Source: Verrucomicrobia bacterium UBA6176 (GTDB lineage Bacteria > Verrucomicrobiota > Verrucomicrobiia > Limisphaerales > UBA9464). From it: 64,000 bases of DNA. This document shows, piece by piece, positions 59,818 through 64,000 of the stretch. The notes beneath the pieces were generated by a model that did not search any database, was not told the origin of the DNA, and saw only the letters and a program-made list of their open reading frames with translations. The stretch spans positions 400-64,399 of the forward strand of contig DITU01000173.1 of NCBI GenBank assembly GCA_002422905.1, written 5' to 3'. Position 1 is the first letter of the stretch. Every line of letters begins with the position of its first letter. The position numbers and the translations under genes are program-made.

Positions 59818-61090
59818 GGACGGTGTAACTCTTACGCCCCTTCCTGAGCAGGAGATGGCGGCCGAACAACAAGTCGGCCTGGCTGACCATCCGGCCCACC
59901 TCGGTGACCCGGACGTTGTTGAGATAAAGCCCGCCGCCTTCGAGATCCTTTCGGCCCTGACCCTTGCTGGCGACCAGACCGGCGAGCAGGAAGAGGTCGA
60001 GCACCGGAGCGCCGGCGCCGGCCAGTCGCGTCGGATCCAACGGCACGGTGGGGACCTCGCCGACGATCTCGCGGAAGGTCTCCTCACGGATCCCGGCCAG
60101 GTCTCCGCCGAAGAGGATTTCCGAAGCCCGTTGAGCCTCGGTGGTGGCGTCGGGGCCGTGGATCAGATCAGTGACTGCCTTTGCCAGGGCGCGATGGGCG
60201 ATCCGGGCACCCGGGTTTTCCAAGTGTTGGGATTCGAGCGCGGCAATCTCCGCTTCGTCGAGGAAGGTGAAGAACTTGAGGTAACGGATGACATCCCGGT
60301 CATCGGTCAGGATCCAGAACTGGTAGAACCGGTACACGCTGGTCCGCTGTGGATCGAGCCAGACGGCGCCGCCCTCGGTCTTGCCGAACTTGGAGCCGTC
60401 CGACTTGGTGATGAGGGGAAGGGTGAGTCCGAACGCGCCGCGCCCGAGTTTCTTTCGGACCAGATCGATTCCGGCGGTGATGTTGCCCCATTGATCACTG
60501 CCGCCGATCTGGAGGGAGCAACCGTGGGCATGGCACAGATGGTAGAAGTCGAAAGCCTGAAGCAGCATGTAGCTGAACTCGGTGTAGCTGATGCCCACCT
60601 CACGGTCCTCCATGCGGGCCCGGACGGACTCCTTGCCAATCATCTGGTTGATCGTGAAGTGCTTTCCAATGTCCCGGAGGAAATCCAGGTAGCTCAACGG
60701 AGCGGTCCAGTCGGCGTTGTCGACGAGCATGGCGGCATTGGAGCCGGAGTCGAAGTCGAGGAGGCGTGCGAGTTGGGGTCGGACGGCGGCCACATTGGCC
60801 GCGATCTGTTCCTTGGTGAGGAGTTGGCGTTCCTGGGATTTGCCGCTGGGATCCCCGATGGAACCGGTGGCTCCCCCGGCGACGGCGATCGGGCGGTGTC
60901 CGTCGTTCTGGAACCGGCGCAAGGCGAGGAGCGGTACCAGGTGGCCGACGTGCAGGCTGTCGGCGGTGGGATCGAATCCGCAATACAACGTGACGGAGCC
61001 TGAGGCCAGTTGCCGACCGAGTTCCTCCCGATCGGTGCAATCCGCAATCAGTCCACGCCAGCCCAGTTCCTCGAGGATTCGTTTCGCCAT
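59807..61090 (-). CDS. tyrS: Tyrosine--tRNA ligase
   Basis: HIGH motif (LHVGHL), KMSKS variant KFGKT, C-terminal S4-like domain. Confidence 0.93.
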   Translation of the reverse strand: MAKRILEELGWRGLIADCTDREELGRQLASGSVTLYCGFDPTADSLHVGHLVPLLALRRFQNDGHRPIAVAGGATGSIGDPSGKSQERQLLTKEQIAANVAAVRPQLARLLDFDSGSNAAMLVDNADWTAPLSYLDFLRDIGKHFTINQMIGKESVRARMEDREVGISYTEFSYMLLQAFDFYHLCHAHGCSLQIGGSDQWGNITAGIDLVRKKLGRGAFGLTLPLITKSDGSKFGKTEGGAVWLDPQRTSVYRFYQFWILTDDRDVIRYLKFFTFLDEAEIAALESQHLENPGARIAHRALAKAVTDLIHGPDATTEAQRASEILFGGDLAGIREETFREIVGEVPTVPLDPTRLAGAGAPVLDLFLLAGLVASKGQGRKDLEGGGLYLNNVRVTEVGRMVSQADLLFGRHLLLRKGRKSYTVLTT

Positions 61091-61278
61091 GAAAGTCCCC
61101 GACGCTACCGCCCACAGCGGTGGGCGGGACAGGGCAAAGACGAGGGTGGTGATTTTGCACGGATGCGAACGGTCCCTCGCCTGCTGAGAGGGGAAATGCG
61201 GAACGGACGGGCACGGTTGAGGTCGTCCGACGCCGCAAAGAGCGGGAAGGCCTGCGGTCTTCCCGAGAGATCATTCCC

Positions 61279-63474
61279 ATGAAAACCAGGAACCCTTGGC
61301 TGCGCATGGTCGCAGTCCTTGCATGGACGGTGTCCATGGCAACTTCCCTGATGGCGAGGCAGGAACCGGGCGACACACCCCTGTCCCCGCCGCAGTTCGA
61401 AGGCGAAGACGTGTTGTTCAACTGGGCCTCTGGCGGCGACCTCCAGGTGGCTCCCACCCCCAACGGCCCGTGGACTCCGGTCCGGGCTCCACAGGATCGC
61501 GTCAGCTCCGTCCGTATTCCCGCATTGCGTGAGGGCAATCGGTTCTTCCGCATCATTGACCACGGTGTCCCGGGAGAACCCCAACCCATAGTCGGTGGCG
61601 ACCCGCGCGCGCCGTTCCGCATTGCCCGTTCATTCTTAAGAAAGGGCGAATCCACGACGGGCAATGCCTTCATGGAGGTGGAACTCGTCGCCGGCCAGGG
61701 CGCGCCGGCGGAGTTCCATCTGTTGTTGGACGGCGATGTCGTTCATCTGCGCGACGACGGTCAGGCCGGGGATCGGGTGGCGGCGGACGGGATCCACACC
61801 GGAGCGATCTTTCTGGAGCCGACGGAGTTTTCTGAGGCGAACGTCTTCCTGGAGGAATTGGTGAAGGATTTCCGCGTGTTCGGAACCTTCGCAGGCCGGG
61901 CGGCGGTGGATGCGGGGCGCCCGGGTCTGTTCGATGTGGCGGCGTTTGAACGGGGCGAATTGATTGCGGTGCATCCGTCGCCGGTGGCGCCGGTTGTTCC
62001 GGGCGTGCCGGTGGGTCCGGCATCGGGCGGATCAAAACCCATTCTCGAGGCCAATCCGGTGCCGTTGCCCATCGGAGTCACCAACACCATTCCGCCAACG
62101 AATCCCACCAACGTCGTGGACCTGATCGACCGGGCGATCTTCTGGCCGAAGAGCCTGATGGTGACGGATCTGTCGGTGGTGGAAGATCCGATGCGGACGT
62201 TTGATCCGTGTACCGGACGTGGAACCCGGCTTGGGCCGTGGACGTTTGGAAGGTTGATGATCGACATGTGCAATGGGCCGGTCACCGGGATTGATCCGGG
62301 GGACTTCACCCGGCGTTGGTTGCGGTCATGGCAGACCGATCAGGTCATCCAGTTCGACACCGTCACCAATCGGAATCCAGAGATCTTGAGCCAGGTGATC
62401 CGTGACTGGGAGATGGCATCGGGCGGAGCGGACAAGCCGTTGGACCTGGCCATCGCCCCGTTCCGTTTGCTGGCGATCGTGAACCGGGTGGATCTGCGGG
62501 GGAATCCCGGGTACGGCGGGGGAGTCTCGGATGATGCGTGTGATCCGTCGTGTGTGGGTGGCGAGGCGCGATTCGTGTTCGGGTTGATTGCCGATGCCTT
62601 CAAGCGGGGCACGAACAACGGGACGGGGGGTGGTTATCCGGGCAATCCGGGAGATCCGGTGCCGGCGGGAGAATGTGATCCGGCGCAATTCACGGTGATC
62701 TTCGAGTACTGCGTGCCGAAGCGGAGTTGTGCGGAGATCAAGGACTGGGGGATGCAATGGTTCGCGTTGTCGCGGATCCCGTTCGGGCCGGCGTACAACG
62801 ATGCGATGCAGAAAATCACGGATCAGTTTGCGACGGCGGGGGCGGATCCGTCGCGGCGTCCGAACCTGAGTGCGTTGAGCCAACTCCGGGTGAATGAGTT
62901 GTTGGAGGAACCGTGGGACATGCGGGAATGGCGGCTGTTCGCCACGGACAGCGATGCCGGATGGCTGCGTCAGGTGACGGCGAAGCAGACCCCGGACTTT
63001 GATCACAACGCGACGCCGATCATCGCCGAGTACTGCGCGATGAATGCGGCGGACATCCTGGCGGAACAACATGTGGTTCCGTTGAACTGGCGGACGCCGG
63101 GCAAGCCCTATGTGCCGTTCATCGGAGGCAATGCGCCGATGCCCACGCCAGGATTCTTCTGGGATGGACCGGTCCCGGTCGGATCCACGATTCCAGGCGA
63201 GGTGCGTCACCGGTTCTCGTTGAACACCTGCAACGGATGTCACGCTGGAGAGACCGGCACACCCTTCACCCATGTGTTCCCGAGACGGACCGGGGAGATG
63301 GCGAAGCTCAGTGATTTTCTCACGGGGGCGAACATGCCGAAGCTGGATCCGGCGGATGGAACGACGCCGCGATTCTTTGCGGATCTGAAGCGGCGCGAGG
63401 ATGACCTGCTGCGGTTGATCATCGAGCCGTGCTTCTTCCAACTGTTCCACGAACCGGTGCGATTCCAGCACTGA
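61279..63474 (+). CDS. Secreted Cys-rich protein of unknown function with an N-terminal module ending in FFRI and a single CXXCH motif
   Basis: Signal peptide. Residues approx. 38-93 resemble the FYRL-type module. 13 Cys in the C-terminal 430 aa. CNGCH at 63229-63243. Confidence 0.65.
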   Translation: MKTRNPWLRMVAVLAWTVSMATSLMARQEPGDTPLSPPQFEGEDVLFNWASGGDLQVAPTPNGPWTPVRAPQDRVSSVRIPALREGNRFFRIIDHGVPGEPQPIVGGDPRAPFRIARSFLRKGESTTGNAFMEVELVAGQGAPAEFHLLLDGDVVHLRDDGQAGDRVAADGIHTGAIFLEPTEFSEANVFLEELVKDFRVFGTFAGRAAVDAGRPGLFDVAAFERGELIAVHPSPVAPVVPGVPVGPASGGSKPILEANPVPLPIGVTNTIPPTNPTNVVDLIDRAIFWPKSLMVTDLSVVEDPMRTFDPCTGRGTRLGPWTFGRLMIDMCNGPVTGIDPGDFTRRWLRSWQTDQVIQFDTVTNRNPEILSQVIRDWEMASGGADKPLDLAIAPFRLLAIVNRVDLRGNPGYGGGVSDDACDPSCVGGEARFVFGLIADAFKRGTNNGTGGGYPGNPGDPVPAGECDPAQFTVIFEYCVPKRSCAEIKDWGMQWFALSRIPFGPAYNDAMQKITDQFATAGADPSRRPNLSALSQLRVNELLEEPWDMREWRLFATDSDAGWLRQVTAKQTPDFDHNATPIIAEYCAMNAADILAEQHVVPLNWRTPGKPYVPFIGGNAPMPTPGFFWDGPVPVGSTIPGEVRHRFSLNTCNGCHAGETGTPFTHVFPRRTGEMAKLSDFLTGANMPKLDPADGTTPRFFADLKRREDDLLRLIIEPCFFQLFHEPVRFQH

Positions 63475-63500
63475 ACGGAATCGGTCGGTTGGATCGCCGG

Positions 63501-63534
63501 GGGATCCCGTCGGTGACGGCGGGATCCCTTTGTT
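63501..63534 (+). terminator. Intrinsic terminator after the 731-aa gene
   Basis: 11-bp stem GGGATCCCGTC/GGCGGGATCCC (one G-U pair), 6-nt loop, then TTTGTT. Confidence 0.7.
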
Positions 63535-63539
63535 GGGAG

Positions 63540-63558
63540 CGGCGAGTGTCACTCGCCG
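63540..63558. repeat. Perfect 19-bp palindrome CGGCGAGTGTCACTCGCCG
   Basis: Read directly. Begins 6 nt after the terminator U-tract. Confidence 0.9.
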
Positions 63559-63650
63559 GGATGATTGAACGGCGACGATCCCGGCGTCGGAGGGGAGGTG
63601 TGCTGTCTCCACAGCCAAACCCGACCGCCTCTGCCGGTTTCAAGGGTCAA

Positions 63651-63745
63651 CCTTTTCGTCTTCTCCGTTTCTTTCGACAAATCTGCTTCGGATCAGGATC
63701 TGGGAAAGGTGGTGGGGCCGAAAGAAACTGAAGAAAACGAAAAAG
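63651..63745. repeat. Long imperfect inverted repeat: pyrimidine-rich arm (63651-63676), purine-rich arm (63719-63745), 42-nt loop
   Basis: About 26 potential base pairs with 3 mismatches and 1 bulge; the innermost 10 bp (GTTTCTTTCG/CGAAAGAAAC) are perfect. Locally AT-rich in a GC-rich genome. Confidence 0.7.
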
Positions 63746-63831
63746 CGGAAAGGGATCCCGGGCGGGCCGTTGGGAGGGCCGGAGTTTCAATGGGAAGCAC
63801 CGCTGATCCTCGCCCGTGCGGAAAGCTGAGT

Positions 63832-64000
63832 TCACCGGGTTTCCCCCTGGTGGACGAACGGCTGCCAGCCGTCGGGCACCCACATGCGAAGCCGTCGAGA
63901 CATGCCCGCTTCCTCGGCTGCCTGTCCGAGTTCCCAAGGCGGTGAGGCATGGTGGGTGAAGGCTCTACCACACGGTTGGCCGGATGGCGGGATTGGAGTA
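63832..64000 (-). CDS. Possible 3' end of a gene entering from beyond the window (unidentified)
   Basis: Open minus-strand frame from the window edge to TGA (63832-63834): ...PPWELGQAAEEAGMSRRLRMWVPDGWQPFVHQGETR. Only moderate GC3. Too short to identify. Confidence 0.25.
   Translation of the reverse strand, partial: TPIPPSGQPCGRAFTHHASPPWELGQAAEEAGMSRRLRMWVPDGWQPFVHQGETR

Noticed and set aside
61091-61278. T-box or other leader upstream of tyrS
   Set aside because: Only a short 8-bp hairpin (61108-61127) is present. The region is too short for a T-box and lacks the conserved T-box sequence.

Overview
GC-rich (roughly 60-65% G+C by eye), densely coding bacterial chromosomal window with about 55 protein genes on both strands. 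I recognised no rRNA, tRNA, CRISPR array, integrase or transposase. The protein-family mix (H-X9-DG prepilin-like protein, DUF1573, LamG arrays, FG-GAP/ASPIC, a DUF11-type giant adhesin, recurring terminal modules ending in FYRL/FYRV/FFRI) suggests the PVC superphylum, probably Verrucomicrobiota; this is inference only. The ORF track starts at the most upstream ATG/GTG/TTG, so many N-termini are over-extended. I trimmed starts using ATGA/GTGA overlaps, SD-like sequences, signal peptides and terminators. High GC also produces many long antisense ORFs, which I rejected.

Content, left to right:
- kdsA 3' end
- hslR-zur-znuB-znuC-znuA operon (minus strand)
- dksA-like/rpmG/rpsR operon
- DUF1499 protein
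- Type IV pilus motor cluster (GspE/PilB-like, pilT, second PilB-like, pilC)
- DUF1573-cytochrome c fusion, copy 1
- CLC transporter, amidase, 3xLamG secreted protein, epimerase, deoC, lytic transglycosylase, acnA
- SDR/TPR/RsmB-like chain, then an MFS transporter
- Four-gene operon: membrane protein, prepilin-like protein, ABC ATPase, ABC-2 permease
- ROK kinase, tig, DUF971 protein, AddA-like helicase-nuclease
- Gene-decay scar
- DUF3309 protein, 1391-aa Cys-rich DUF11-repeat adhesin, DUF1573-cytochrome c copy 2, ElaB-like protein, transglutaminase-like protein
- Hypothetical/DUF4912/UVR-motif genes
- CII-like HTH gene overlapping a CRTAC1-like gene
- MacAB-type exporter with two permeases, M48 peptidase, tyrS
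- 731-aa unknown Cys-rich secreted protein
- Structured convergent intergenic region

I found no clear defence island or mobile element. The most interesting candidates are:
1. A zinc-sparing island: Cys-less DksA-like, L33 and S18 next to zur-znuABC.
2. Paralogous DUF1573-dihaem cytochrome c fusions placed after two surface-appendage loci.
3. A prepilin-like gene translationally coupled to an ABC-2 exporter.
4. A W-rich domain nested inside one repeat of the giant adhesin, plus a terminal beta-sandwich-like module shared by three secreted proteins.
5. An unknown 731-aa CXXCH protein.

All functional calls come from reading the translations; no database search was run.
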